Below are positions 8,599 through 16,900 of a stretch of 52,411 nt of DNA, one piece after another; position 1 is the first letter of the stretch, and every line of letters starts with the position of its first letter. Below the pieces are notes generated by a model. That model did not search any database. It saw only the letters and a list, made by a program, of their open reading frames with translations, and was not told where the DNA came from. The DNA is from a virus (Duplodnaviria; Caudoviricetes), in IMG/VR virus record IMGVR_UViG_3300037751_000149, positions 1-52,411 of that record, one strand, 5' to 3'. The position numbers were made by a program, and so were the translations under genes.

Positions 8599-8959
8599 GA
8601 GATTGTTGTGTGTTTGGCTCTCGTTTACCCTGCTCCTTCTCCCCTCTTTGGCCTTTTCCTTTCCCGAAAAGCACTACCAAGAACAATGGTGCGCCAACCA
8701 GGGAGGGCAAGCAGAGGTTGTACTTGCGGACCAGACCCGGGCCGACTGCATCACGGCCACCCACGCCATCGAGTTCGATTTCGGGAGGAAGTGGGCCGAG
8801 GCCATAGGCCAAGCGCTCTATTATTCGCTTCAGACAGGGAAGAGGGCCGGGGTCGTGCTGATCCTCGACGGGCCGAAGGATCGGAGATACTGGATTAGGC
8901 TCAATAGCACCATCCAACATTTCGGGTTGCCGATTGACACCTGGGCAATTGAAAAATGA
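8570..8959 (+). CDS. signal-peptide-bearing PD-(D/E)XK-like protein (start uncertain, 8570 or 8603)
   Basis: hydrophobic leader ending LAFS, then E...RADC...AIEFD...EAIGQALYY. Confidence 0.6.
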   Translation: MLASQKAHVRRLLCVWLSFTLLLLPSLAFSFPEKHYQEQWCANQGGQAEVVLADQTRADCITATHAIEFDFGRKWAEAIGQALYYSLQTGKRAGVVLILDGPKDRRYWIRLNSTIQHFGLPIDTWAIEK

Positions 8960-8976
8960 CAGAGGGGAGGAAAACC

Positions 8977-9528
8977 ATGAAAAAGACAATCTTGATCGCG
9001 ATTCTTCTGTTGGTCCCAATGGTTGCACGGGCGGAGCTGGTTGTTGTGCCAGATCCACGATATGTTGACGAGGCGGCGCGGCAACGTCTTGAGCAAACAC
9101 AGAGGGTGGAGGCGGCGCGGCAAGTATTTGACCGGCAGAGACAGCAAGATCAGGAGGCGGACAGGAAGGAAGCGCAGCAGAAGATTGAAGCCTACCAGAG
9201 AAGTCCCGCAGGGATACAGCAAGCAAAAGAAGAGGCTGCTAGGGCGCAGATAATCCCAGGCAAACGTGAGGCTCGGCAGAAAAAAGGCGGTAGATATGTG
9301 GAGGCAGTGGAAAGCCAAGATCGTCAACACGAAGCTAGGGCCAAAAGAGAAGCGCAAGCCTCAGAGGACAACCAGCGAAAACAACAAGAGGAAGACAACC
9401 GGAACCTAAGCGAAGGATACGCCCCAGCCGCAGGCGGAAGGACAAACATAAAGACCGGGGGGTTTCAGCAAGACGTCGGCGGAGGTACATACTTCGACAT
9501 TCAGACCGGGCAATACCATTACAGGTAG
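8977..9528 (+). CDS. exported coiled-coil protein
   Basis: MKKTILIAILLLVPMVARA signal peptide; Q/E/R-rich body; GGAGG SD. Confidence 0.75.
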   Translation: MKKTILIAILLLVPMVARAELVVVPDPRYVDEAARQRLEQTQRVEAARQVFDRQRQQDQEADRKEAQQKIEAYQRSPAGIQQAKEEAARAQIIPGKREARQKKGGRYVEAVESQDRQHEARAKREAQASEDNQRKQQEEDNRNLSEGYAPAAGGRTNIKTGGFQQDVGGGTYFDIQTGQYHYR

Positions 9529-9535
9529 GCATACA

Positions 9536-10579
9536 GTGTCCGTAAAATCACACCCCACCCAAAAGGGGCATTGGGTAGTTGACTACTACCTGCCCGGCAA
9601 GGAGAACGGGAAACGCATACGGGTCCGCGACAACCTGCAATGCACATACGCCTATGCCTTGGAATACGAGAAGTCTATCCGCCGCCAGAAATCAGGGGGG
9701 GCCGGGATCAACACGATCAACCCCACGATCTCCGAGGTCATGCCGCTGTTTTTGGATTGGGTCGCCCTGAACCGGGCGGAGAAAACGCACAAGGATTACG
9801 TCTGCTGCTCTAAGTACCTCCGCGCCGTGTTCGGTCGGCTGCGGGTTAAGCAGATCACCCCGGCGCATATCACCGAGTACCAGCGGTATCGAAACGGCAA
9901 GCGGTGCGCCATCAAAAAAGAGATGATCTATTTTCACCGGCTCATCGACTGGATGGGAAAAAACGACTACTGCCAAAAGGAGGGGCTTGGATTCAAGATC
10001 GAGACCGCCAGATACCAGCGCCCGCAGCCAAAGGTGTTCTCGGCGGAAGAGGCCGAGAGGTTCCTTGCCCAGATAAACGACCCCATAAAGCTGGCCCTGA
10101 TCCTGATAATGTACGAGGGCGGGGCGAGGTTTGACGAGGTTGTTCAGCTTCGGTGGGGGCAAATTTCCTTTGCCAGCGACACGATAATGGTGGTGGGCAA
10201 GGGGAATAAAGAGCGCCTGGTGATGCTGCCGGCCATCGCCAAGGCCATTCTCCAGCCCCTCGCAGGAGACCCCCACGCCGACGTCGCGCCCAATCCAAAA
10301 ACAGGGAAACCGTACACCTCATTCAAAACCGTTTTCCGGGGGGCCTGCCAACGCGCCGGGCTCCACGGGCTCACCCCGCACAAGTTGCGTCACTGCTTCG
10401 CCACGGATGTTCTTGAGTCCTGCGGCGACCTCCGCCTGGTCCAAGAGCTTCTTGGCCACACCGACATCAAAACCACCCAGATTTACACCCACGTTATCAA
10501 GGCCCGCAAGGTCTCCGGCGTTTCCACCATGCTCAAGATGCGGAAAGCCGCCCGCGACAGGAAAAGTGAGACAATTTGA
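9536..10579 (+). CDS. int: phage tyrosine integrase
   Basis: GARFDE (R), GKGNKER (K), HKLRH, LLGH, TQIYTH; abuts attP. Confidence 0.95.
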   Translation: MSVKSHPTQKGHWVVDYYLPGKENGKRIRVRDNLQCTYAYALEYEKSIRRQKSGGAGINTINPTISEVMPLFLDWVALNRAEKTHKDYVCCSKYLRAVFGRLRVKQITPAHITEYQRYRNGKRCAIKKEMIYFHRLIDWMGKNDYCQKEGLGFKIETARYQRPQPKVFSAEEAERFLAQINDPIKLALILIMYEGGARFDEVVQLRWGQISFASDTIMVVGKGNKERLVMLPAIAKAILQPLAGDPHADVAPNPKTGKPYTSFKTVFRGACQRAGLHGLTPHKLRHCFATDVLESCGDLRLVQELLGHTDIKTTQIYTHVIKARKVSGVSTMLKMRKAARDRKSETI

Positions 10580-10590
10580 GACAAATTCCA

Positions 10591-10625
10591 TAAAAAAAGG
10601 GCTTCCAGAAAACCCGGAAACCCTT
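10591..10625 (-). terminator. intrinsic terminator downstream of the tRNA fragment
   Basis: AAGGGTTTCCGG-GTTT-TCTGGAAGCCCTT followed by T-run on minus strand. Confidence 0.65.
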
Positions 10626-10632
10626 ACCACCA

Positions 10633-10677
10633 TGGAGCCAACGAGGAGAGTCGAACTCCTGACCTACTGATTACGAA
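10633..10677 (-). tRNA. 3' half of tRNA-Thr(CGT), attP core; not a complete tRNA
   Basis: TTCGTAATCAGTAGGTCAGGAGTTCGACTCTCCTCGTTGGCTCCA: anticodon loop, T arm, acceptor 3' strand and CCA; no 5' half. Confidence 0.88.
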
Positions 10678-10752
10678 CTATGTTTCCGTATCGCATATGG
10701 TTGTTATCCCGCGATTTCACGACTGTATTTTTGTCTCAATGGGCAGGCCCCA

Positions 10753-10797
10753 GAAAAACAGCCCCCGGCATCAGGAGGGAGGGCCTGATCCGGGGGC
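10753..10797 (-). terminator. terminator ending the late transcript
   Basis: GCCCCCGG-ATCAGG...CCTGAT-G-CCGGGGGC then TGTTTTT. Confidence 0.65.
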
Positions 10798-10830
10798 ACG
10801 GGCCTGACCGAAGGAGGGCGGCCAGGATTT

Positions 10831-10941
10831 CTATATAACGCTGCACATTTCCTTGTAAGCCTCGCACTCGCGCCGGGAAATAAACGGGCACGGTTCTTTC
10901 ATCAGCCACTTCGCCTCCGGGCAATAATATCGGCCTCGCAT
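10831..10941 (-). CDS. 36-aa Cys-rich ORF
   Basis: MRGRYYCPEAKWLMKEPCPFISRRECEAYKEMCSVI; fills gap before terminator, weak SD. Confidence 0.35.
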   Translation of the reverse strand: MRGRYYCPEAKWLMKEPCPFISRRECEAYKEMCSVI

Positions 10942-10976
10942 GTAGGCGTTGCACCCCAGGCGCGGCAGTCGGATTA

Positions 10977-11759
10977 TCACACCGACACCGGGGCATCAAA
11001 AATCTGGGGCTTGTCGTATAGGCGCTCGTAAACGTCAATCCGCTCCTCGCCAATATCTATGACCACCCCGCCCAGCTTGTTTTGCCGCTTGCCGTAATTG
11101 TCCACCATGAACTTTGCCGGATACCAGCATTGCCAGCCGGGAACACGAACAAGGGTCCGGTGCTCCATCTTCATCACCGAAAAATAGTGCCAGTGCCCCT
11201 TGACGATCAGATCAATGTCGTGCGCGATCTGCTTGCTGCCAATGGCGGCATCCATCAGCATGGATTCCCTGTCCTCGAACGAGCCCTTATACATGGTGGG
11301 GGATGCGCCGCCGTGGGTGACGAGCATCTTCTTCCCGGTGCCGCCCAGGTCGCCCACAAACAGAGCCCCCAAGAACTCCCCGCCCAACCCCTTGATTACG
11401 CTGCGGTCAAGCGAGGTGTCCAGTGAGGAGTGATAACCTGATCCGCTTACGCCGATCACCTTCCGGCCCTGGATGTGGGGCTGCAACAACTGAATGCAGG
11501 CGTCAACCTGCATCTCCAGCTCGACCGCCGTGCAGTTCCGGCCAAACTCTTTCCGGTTATTCCCCTGGCACATATCGCCAATCAGGGCGATGGTGTCCGC
11601 GTCTTTCGCTTCGTGGGTCCAGAAGTCGGCAAAATATTCGTTGAGCTGCTGCTGGGCGGGTGATGGAGAAATTACCACCCCATCCGGCCTGGTAAACTCG
11701 GGCCACGGGGCGCACACGGAACCAACGTGGGTGCAGGAAATAAACGCGATGCGTCTCAT
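10977..11759 (-). CDS. calcineurin-like metallophosphoesterase
   Basis: ISCTHVG, IGDMCQG, THGG, KGHWH (motifs partly divergent). Confidence 0.8.
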   Translation of the reverse strand: MRRIAFISCTHVGSVCAPWPEFTRPDGVVISPSPAQQQLNEYFADFWTHEAKDADTIALIGDMCQGNNRKEFGRNCTAVELEMQVDACIQLLQPHIQGRKVIGVSGSGYHSSLDTSLDRSVIKGLGGEFLGALFVGDLGGTGKKMLVTHGGASPTMYKGSFEDRESMLMDAAIGSKQIAHDIDLIVKGHWHYFSVMKMEHRTLVRVPGWQCWYPAKFMVDNYGKRQNKLGGVVIDIGEERIDVYERLYDKPQIFDAPVSV

Positions 11760-12001
11760 ACTTTCACCAGGAGGTTGAGTTTTTCCAGGTCGATCTGCGG
11801 GGTGTTTCTTGGCAGCTCTCGGCCAAGCTGTCGCACCTTGTCACGGATTGCCTGCGGCTTTCGAGAAAGAAGAACCGTCGCGATTGTTTCCACGTCATGC
11901 CCGGCGTCCAAGAGTTTTTCCAAGGCCACAACCTCCTCTGGCGCCCACCACGTTGAATTTCCCATCCTCACCTCCGGGTTTAGCCTGTGCGGTTTTTGCA
12001 C
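11756..12001 (-). CDS. small Myb/HTH-like protein
   Basis: W-PEEV-AL...IATVL-SR-PQAIRDK. Confidence 0.65.
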   Translation of the reverse strand: MQKPHRLNPEVRMGNSTWWAPEEVVALEKLLDAGHDVETIATVLLSRKPQAIRDKVRQLGRELPRNTPQIDLEKLNLLVKV

Positions 12002-12082
12002 ATCCTCAAGCGATCTTCAACCCCTTCCACATCTTCGGTTCGATCCGTGGCAGTTTCCCCCTGAAGGCACTGGCCTTGATTA

Positions 12083-12517
12083 TCATTTCACCCACATATC
12101 CCGCAAAATATTAGCCAACCCATTCGGCCCGTAACGCCACGGCTCTGTAAACCCAAGTGCTGCAGCCTTTGCCTCGCTGCAAAACCAACCACACGGAGCC
12201 TCACGAACAATCCCACAAAGAAACCTGAGACTGCCCATAAGGTCATACGGTTCCCCCTCATGGTCGATAAACCATTGCCGGGCCGCCGCTTCTTTTTCCG
12301 AGGGCAGGTCGATAAAATCCCAAAGCGCAGGATCAAAATTAATTTGCTTGAACCGCACCCCGCCATCCATCCACGATGCTGAGGCGGACATGCCATCCGA
12401 AAAGATTAATTCGTCGTGGCTGTAGGGCCCGTTGTCAACCCACCGCACCAGCCGGTTATACACCCCAGCAAGCCCTGGGCGGGTTCCCTTGTATGATGCT
12501 GACCTGAATTTTCCCAC
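12083..12517 (-). CDS. permuted papain-like (NlpC/P60-type) virion-associated protein
   Basis: YSH-E, DGGVR, YDLMG, WFCSE motifs. Confidence 0.7.
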   Translation of the reverse strand: MGKFRSASYKGTRPGLAGVYNRLVRWVDNGPYSHDELIFSDGMSASASWMDGGVRFKQINFDPALWDFIDLPSEKEAAARQWFIDHEGEPYDLMGSLRFLCGIVREAPCGWFCSEAKAAALGFTEPWRYGPNGLANILRDMWVK

Positions 12518-12539
12518 AACAAGCCCCCTCGTTGTTTCT

Positions 12540-13034
12540 TTATTCCCCAAAGATTGGGGGCCAGCCGCCGCTGAAATCATAAGCCGATGGGGCGGGACTC
12601 GCTTCCATCGCCGCCTTGTGAACTTCAGCGGCCGAGAATGTGGACACATCCTGCGCTGCCCCCGCCGCAAATACCTGCCCGGCTAGGGACTGGGTCATTT
12701 GGACAAAAGAGCCGGACATTGTTTTCCACATTAACCCGGACGGAACACTGGCTCCCATCATCACCAGCCCGATCTGTTGGGTACGGGAAAATGTATCGGA
12801 GTGGAACCAATCAGAACCGACGCAATAGCCTCCATCGAGTTTTCTCCGGTCACGCTCGGCCTTGATGCGTTCCCAGACTGCCGCGACAATTTCCTCGTGG
12901 GTCGGCAAAGGAGCCGCATCAATTGTGGTGCCAATAGGAAGCGATGAAGCCAGGCATGAGTCAACGCTGCCGTCCAAATTAATCCTGCTTGCTATGGTGT
13001 CATTTGTATCTTTTACATATTGCCAATTACTCAT
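12540..13034 (-). CDS. DUF4376-like tail fibre-associated protein
   Basis: WERIKAERDRR...WFHSD...WKTMSGSFV...YDFSGGWP; follows tail fibre. Confidence 0.75.
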   Translation of the reverse strand: MSNWQYVKDTNDTIASRINLDGSVDSCLASSLPIGTTIDAAPLPTHEEIVAAVWERIKAERDRRKLDGGYCVGSDWFHSDTFSRTQQIGLVMMGASVPSGLMWKTMSGSFVQMTQSLAGQVFAAGAAQDVSTFSAAEVHKAAMEASPAPSAYDFSGGWPPIFGE

Positions 13035-14016
13035 ATGTTTGCCCCGTGAATGTTAGTGTTCCTAAAGCATTGTTAAAGAACAACAAATATGTCCGGTACT
13101 GTGCAGCCCCTGCTGCGACAGTAACAGTTATTCTTACAGATCCGACCCCACCCGATGCAAGAGCGATATTGGTACAGACAATATTTGTTGTCCCATCCCC
13201 AATCGAAAAATGGCTTGGATCAGATGCACTAACCCCGGTTACGGGGGTTAGATATCGCATTGGGGTAGGGATTGTGAAGATTACTTGTGTCGTATTGACA
13301 CCATCGCCATGTCCTGGGATGCCCTCATTAGTGGCACTCCTGTAGTATGATGCGATTTTTTTTAATCCAACCCCACTTGCTCTCACATAGTCAAACACAA
13401 AGCCTGTCGATGCGGTAAGCGCAAACCATTTAAAAGTATCACCAGCGGCGGTGGTAATCGTTGCCCCGGTTTGCAGGCAGTTCAACCCGGCAGAGTGGTT
13501 GAGAGCAAAGCCCCCGGTCTCAACCCTGATCCGGTTCGTGCGCCCGGCAACGGAGTTTATCGTGTCTACGGGCGTTGTGCCGGTGAGGAGCTGATTAAGG
13601 GTTGTTGCAAGGGTGATACTTGTTGCGCTGGCTACGGAGGTTTCGGCCTGGTCTACCTGTTGGACGTTTCCAGCCGCTACGCCAGAGACAACCGTAGAAT
13701 AAATCGTATCAAAGTACGTTTTGAGTGCAGCTTTGATACTGGCCCAGGAGTATTTCTTGAGGCCAAATTCGGCGGTACTATCAGCCACTGCGAACTCATC
13801 GGCATCGTCCGGCGTTGATTTGGCGGCGGCGGCATGTATATCAACCGCCACATTTAGGGAAACTCGGTATCCCAGGGAGGCCCAAGCGGTAATTCCGTCC
13901 CCAACCTTCTCATTCTTGGTGTCGGTCTCAAACCCAACCTCTCCATCTGCAAGCACGGGGTTGTTTGCTGTCCAAGTGGCGGCTGTCCCTCTGCGTAATT
14001 GGATTATGTCTGCCAT
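13027..14016 (-). CDS. tail fibre protein
   Basis: N-terminal IQLRRGTAATWTANNPVLADGEVGFETDT...KVGDG (Mtd-N/hyaluronidase-N-like); WASIKAALKTYFD module. Confidence 0.8.
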   Translation of the reverse strand: MADIIQLRRGTAATWTANNPVLADGEVGFETDTKNEKVGDGITAWASLGYRVSLNVAVDIHAAAAKSTPDDADEFAVADSTAEFGLKKYSWASIKAALKTYFDTIYSTVVSGVAAGNVQQVDQAETSVASATSITLATTLNQLLTGTTPVDTINSVAGRTNRIRVETGGFALNHSAGLNCLQTGATITTAAGDTFKWFALTASTGFVFDYVRASGVGLKKIASYYRSATNEGIPGHGDGVNTTQVIFTIPTPMRYLTPVTGVSASDPSHFSIGDGTTNIVCTNIALASGGVGSVRITVTVAAGAAQYRTYLLFFNNALGTLTFTGQTYE

Positions 14017-14183
14017 TACACCTCCTCCCCCCCGTCTACCACTTGGCTCGGGAGGTACACAGAATCAGGGCCGCCCCCATCAACATTCCTGCTGCTGGGG
14101 GCGGCGTCAACAGGCACCGTGTCGCCAGTCCGCAGCTCTTCCTGTGTCCCGGAATAATTAACTATCGGTCTTTTTTCAGCCAC
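14016..14183 (-). CDS. 55-aa virion accessory protein (not in ORF track)
   Basis: MAEKRPIVNYSGTQEELRTGDTV...VDGG...VDGG; TAATG coupling to tail fibre. Confidence 0.65.
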   Translation of the reverse strand: MAEKRPIVNYSGTQEELRTGDTVPVDAAPSSRNVDGGGPDSVYLPSQVVDGGEEV

Positions 14184-14186
14184 GGC

Positions 14187-14792
14187 TTATGCCAGCACCA
14201 AAGGAACGCCTGATTGAAAATTAAGGCTTGTTGCGCTTGTGGCGAACCCAACTCGCTGGACAACATTACCCGTTGCAGACGGGGCAGTAGTTGTCACCGT
14301 GCCTGCCGTAATTGCCAAGAATTGCACCCCAGGAGTGAGGCCAGAAACACCCGTGTTCGACCCCTCAAAATACACAGTAGCCGCAGCCGGGGAGGTGGTT
14401 GCCGCCAGCACAAAACCGTGCGCCTCTTTCCCGGCGGTCGTCGCATCCGCCTTACGGGCTGTTGCCGTTCCGGTCGCGTTGTAAATATTCACCAGATCCC
14501 CGGCAGCCAAGTTTTCGCTGGTAACGATTGAGGCGGTATCTGCTCCTATCCCCGTTGGCATAAAAGACGTGTCCAACTTCCCAGCACCGTCGAGAGCCGG
14601 GAGTTTCCCGGAATCTCCCGCCCCCGCAGATGAGGTCTTACTGTTGACAATGGAACTGTCCAAAACGCCGGAGTCATTTAAGGCCGGAATGCTGTTGGCA
14701 TCAGCCGCACCAGCAGAGGTAGTAAGTGCTGCCTCTTCGGTATAGACACCCGCATTATTTTTGAAAAATTTCTTGGTTGATGCTGTTCCCAT
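14187..14792 (-). CDS. virion decoration/fibre protein
   Basis: A/G/T-rich, ENLAAGDLVNI...AHGFV...VVQRVG. Confidence 0.7.
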   Translation of the reverse strand: MGTASTKKFFKNNAGVYTEEAALTTSAGAADANSIPALNDSGVLDSSIVNSKTSSAGAGDSGKLPALDGAGKLDTSFMPTGIGADTASIVTSENLAAGDLVNIYNATGTATARKADATTAGKEAHGFVLAATTSPAAATVYFEGSNTGVSGLTPGVQFLAITAGTVTTTAPSATGNVVQRVGFATSATSLNFQSGVPLVLA

Positions 14793-14801
14793 GGGTGACT
14801 C

Positions 14802-15401
14802 CTATGTGAGGATTATTGGTTCTCGCAAGTTGATGAAAATCTTTGTTTGTGTGATCGGGAAGGCCACGACCAAACTGAACCCGGAAACCGGCTGCACCTG
14901 CGTCAATAGGCCGGTTGCTCCAAGAAATATCGGGGTATTGAGCGCCCAAGACCAAGACGGTTCGGTAATTTCTCCGCCGGTCTGGATAGTGGCAAGGTCC
15001 AAGGCGTTGGCCGCGCCGGTTGTCATCCCAAGTACTTTGCTGACGTGTGACAGGGTGGTGTTGTCAGCATAGATTGCCTGCGCTGCATCATCCAATACCA
15101 CCATCCGGTGTCCGCCAAGCGGAACAGAGGCGATATATTGCAGCGAAATCCCGCCCGTAGGCCCTGGTACGCCCTGCGGCCCTTGCGGTCCCTCAACTCC
15201 CATTTGCACTGGCGCTGAGATAGGAATAACCGCAGGGATATGGACAGGCGCATCAATAACCTGCGCCGTGGATTCAAGCGGGGCGGAAACGCTCGATACG
15301 GAAACAACAACCGGGGCGGAAACCGTTGTGTTTTCAAGAGATACCGGGGCGCTTACGGATTGCCCGGAAATGGTGATGGGAACTATAATATCGTCACTCA
15401 T
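14802..15401 (-). CDS. virion protein with short collagen-like stretch
   Basis: GPQGPQGVPGPTG, VSAPV repeats, EPSWSW...PIFLG. Confidence 0.7.
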   Translation of the reverse strand: MSDDIIVPITISGQSVSAPVSLENTTVSAPVVVSVSSVSAPLESTAQVIDAPVHIPAVIPISAPVQMGVEGPQGPQGVPGPTGGISLQYIASVPLGGHRMVVLDDAAQAIYADNTTLSHVSKVLGMTTGAANALDLATIQTGGEITEPSWSWALNTPIFLGATGLLTQVQPVSGFSLVVAFPITQTKIFINLREPIILT

Positions 15402-15778
15402 GGATTGACGGTCAGTGTCCCCTTATAAAAGGTCATCTCTGTGCCAAGTGAATCAACACACTTAAAACTCCACGGCCATTTTCCATCTGAAAGCGGGAGG
15501 TCTTGCGGGGGAACGGTGAATATCCATGTCGCGGCATCATCAATGGCGATCGAGCCCTTGCCTGTGGTGTCAACAGAAGAAAGCTCATACCCCACGGCTC
15601 CCCCTTGGTTTTTGAACTGCAATAGGCACGAGGCAACCGGATTAGGGGGGGCGGAAAGAATCGGAGCCTCAACTGTCCCGGTGTTGATTTGTATCGGCCC
15701 GATGATTAAACCAGGGGTTAGAGCCATCCAGGTATCACCGGCCCAATGATCGTTGAGCTTTACTGTAGCAGGTGTCAT
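15398..15778 (-). CDS. putative virion structural protein
   Basis: GDTW N-terminus, YKGTLTV C-terminus; ATGA coupling. Confidence 0.65.
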   Translation of the reverse strand: MTPATVKLNDHWAGDTWMALTPGLIIGPIQINTGTVEAPILSAPPNPVASCLLQFKNQGGAVGYELSSVDTTGKGSIAIDDAATWIFTVPPQDLPLSDGKWPWSFKCVDSLGTEMTFYKGTLTVNP

Positions 15779-15823
15779 GTTCCCCCTTTAATGTTCGCCA
15801 TTGTCCGCGATAGCCATTTTTTC

Positions 15824-16045
15824 TTATTCCTTTGAGTTAAATGCTGCATGACACCCATTACATATACTCAGCGCCTTTTCCAGCCGGGTTATCGTTTTCT
15901 CCATGTCCGGGTCGAAGGCAACCAGATCAGTCAACCCGTATTCCTTGGCCTTTCTCGACATTTGCCGCGCATAAACGATAACTGCGGAGATCCCGTTCCT
16001 GACCTCATGGTTTACCTGGCTGCATCTATCTTCCGGCAGAGGCAT
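15824..16045 (-). CDS. small protein with histidine-kinase H-box-like motif
   Basis: VNHEVRNGISAVIVYA; TAATG coupling. Confidence 0.55.
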   Translation of the reverse strand: MPLPEDRCSQVNHEVRNGISAVIVYARQMSRKAKEYGLTDLVAFDPDMEKTITRLEKALSICNGCHAAFNSKE

Positions 16046-16149
16046 TACCGTGTCCTCACCGCATCGCCGGAACACTTCGGGCAGGGCATAACCACGGCCC
16101 CGCTCCCATCAGAAAAAACCGCGTTGCACTTCCGACACAGGTAGGCCAT
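16045..16149 (-). CDS. 34-aa zinc-ribbon protein (not in ORF track)
   Basis: MAYLCRKCNAVF...CPKCSG; GAGG SD. Confidence 0.6.
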   Translation of the reverse strand: MAYLCRKCNAVFSDGSGAVVMPCPKCSGDAVRTR

Positions 16150-16158
16150 TCGCTCACC

Positions 16159-16380
16159 TCACGGGTAGAACTTGTTCCCCTTGTCAAGCCATCCTTGGCA
16201 CTCTATGCAGTATTCGCACCCTGGCATTGCCTCTCTCCTCGCCTGCGGGATCGGCTCACCGCACTCCGCGCAATTTTCCAGGGCTTCCGATGTCCGGCGC
16301 ATGTGGTCGGAAATATTGCGGATAGCCGTGGCCCGCGCCTGCTCGGCGTACTCGTTGGCAATGTCGGCTTCATCTGCCAT
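16159..16380 (-). CDS. TraR/DksA C4-type zinc finger protein
   Basis: MADEADIA...CAECGEPIPQARREAMPGCEYCIECQ. Confidence 0.9.
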   Translation of the reverse strand: MADEADIANEYAEQARATAIRNISDHMRRTSEALENCAECGEPIPQARREAMPGCEYCIECQGWLDKGNKFYP

Positions 16381-16900
16381 TGCGGATCGCCTCGGCATCT
16401 GCCCGGCAGGAGATATAGGCAAGATTGATCTTGTCCGCCTCTACCGTGAGCCGTTGAAGAAGTCCAGTAAGGTCTGCTGAAAGAACCCCGCTGGTTTCGG
16501 CTCCGTTGTCTGGACGATTGCCGGGACCGGAGGCATCTGCACTGCTGGCGCCACTACCACCGCCCCCACGTCCTGCATGGGGGTCGCGCAGCCTGCCGTT
16601 GACAGCAAGATCACGAAGACGAGCAGAAAGGGTATCAACCGTTTTTTTGTTGCCCGCATCCTTTACCTCCTGGGTGTTCTTGAGATCCTGCAAGGCCCGT
16701 TCGGTCGCCACCACGCGGGCGGTCTCCTTGGCCAGAACTGTAGCCGCTTCTTTCTTCTGGGCGTCGATCTTCAAATTACACGCCGCCGTCCCCCGTGCCT
16801 CGCCTATACTCTGCTGGTGGTTGGCCCAGGCGAAATACCCGGCAATTAAGGCCGAGACCAGAAGCACACCAGCACCCAGCTTAATGGCCCATGTTGGCAT
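16370..16900 (-). CDS. Rz-like inner-membrane spanin
   Basis: N-terminal TM, coiled coil, follows endolysin. Confidence 0.75.
   Translation of the reverse strand: MPTWAIKLGAGVLLVSALIAGYFAWANHQQSIGEARGTAACNLKIDAQKKEAATVLAKETARVVATERALQDLKNTQEVKDAGNKKTVDTLSARLRDLAVNGRLRDPHAGRGGGGSGASSADASGPGNRPDNGAETSGVLSADLTGLLQRLTVEADKINLAYISCRADAEAIRNGR
16441..16659 (-). CDS. Rz1-like outer-membrane lipoprotein spanin, embedded in Rz
   Basis: lipoprotein signal ending TAGC, Pro-rich body, alternate frame inside Rz. Confidence 0.75.
   Translation of the reverse strand: MRATKKRLIPFLLVFVILLSTAGCATPMQDVGAVVVAPAVQMPPVPAIVQTTEPKPAGFFQQTLLDFFNGSR

Larger units (their letters stand above)
10567..10738. mobile_element. 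attP: attP region with putative integrase arm sites
   Basis: TGAGACAA at 10567 and 10577, inverted TTGTCTCA at 10731, flanking a tRNA-derived core. Confidence 0.8.

Noticed and set aside
10633-10677. Functional phage tRNA-Thr gene
   Set aside because: The upstream sequence cannot form the anticodon stem, D arm or acceptor 5' strand; it is an att core.
12006-12086. 26-aa ORF MIIKASAFRGKLPRIEPKMWKGLKIA
   Set aside because: It is ATGA-coupled and may be a gene remnant, but it is too short to support a call.
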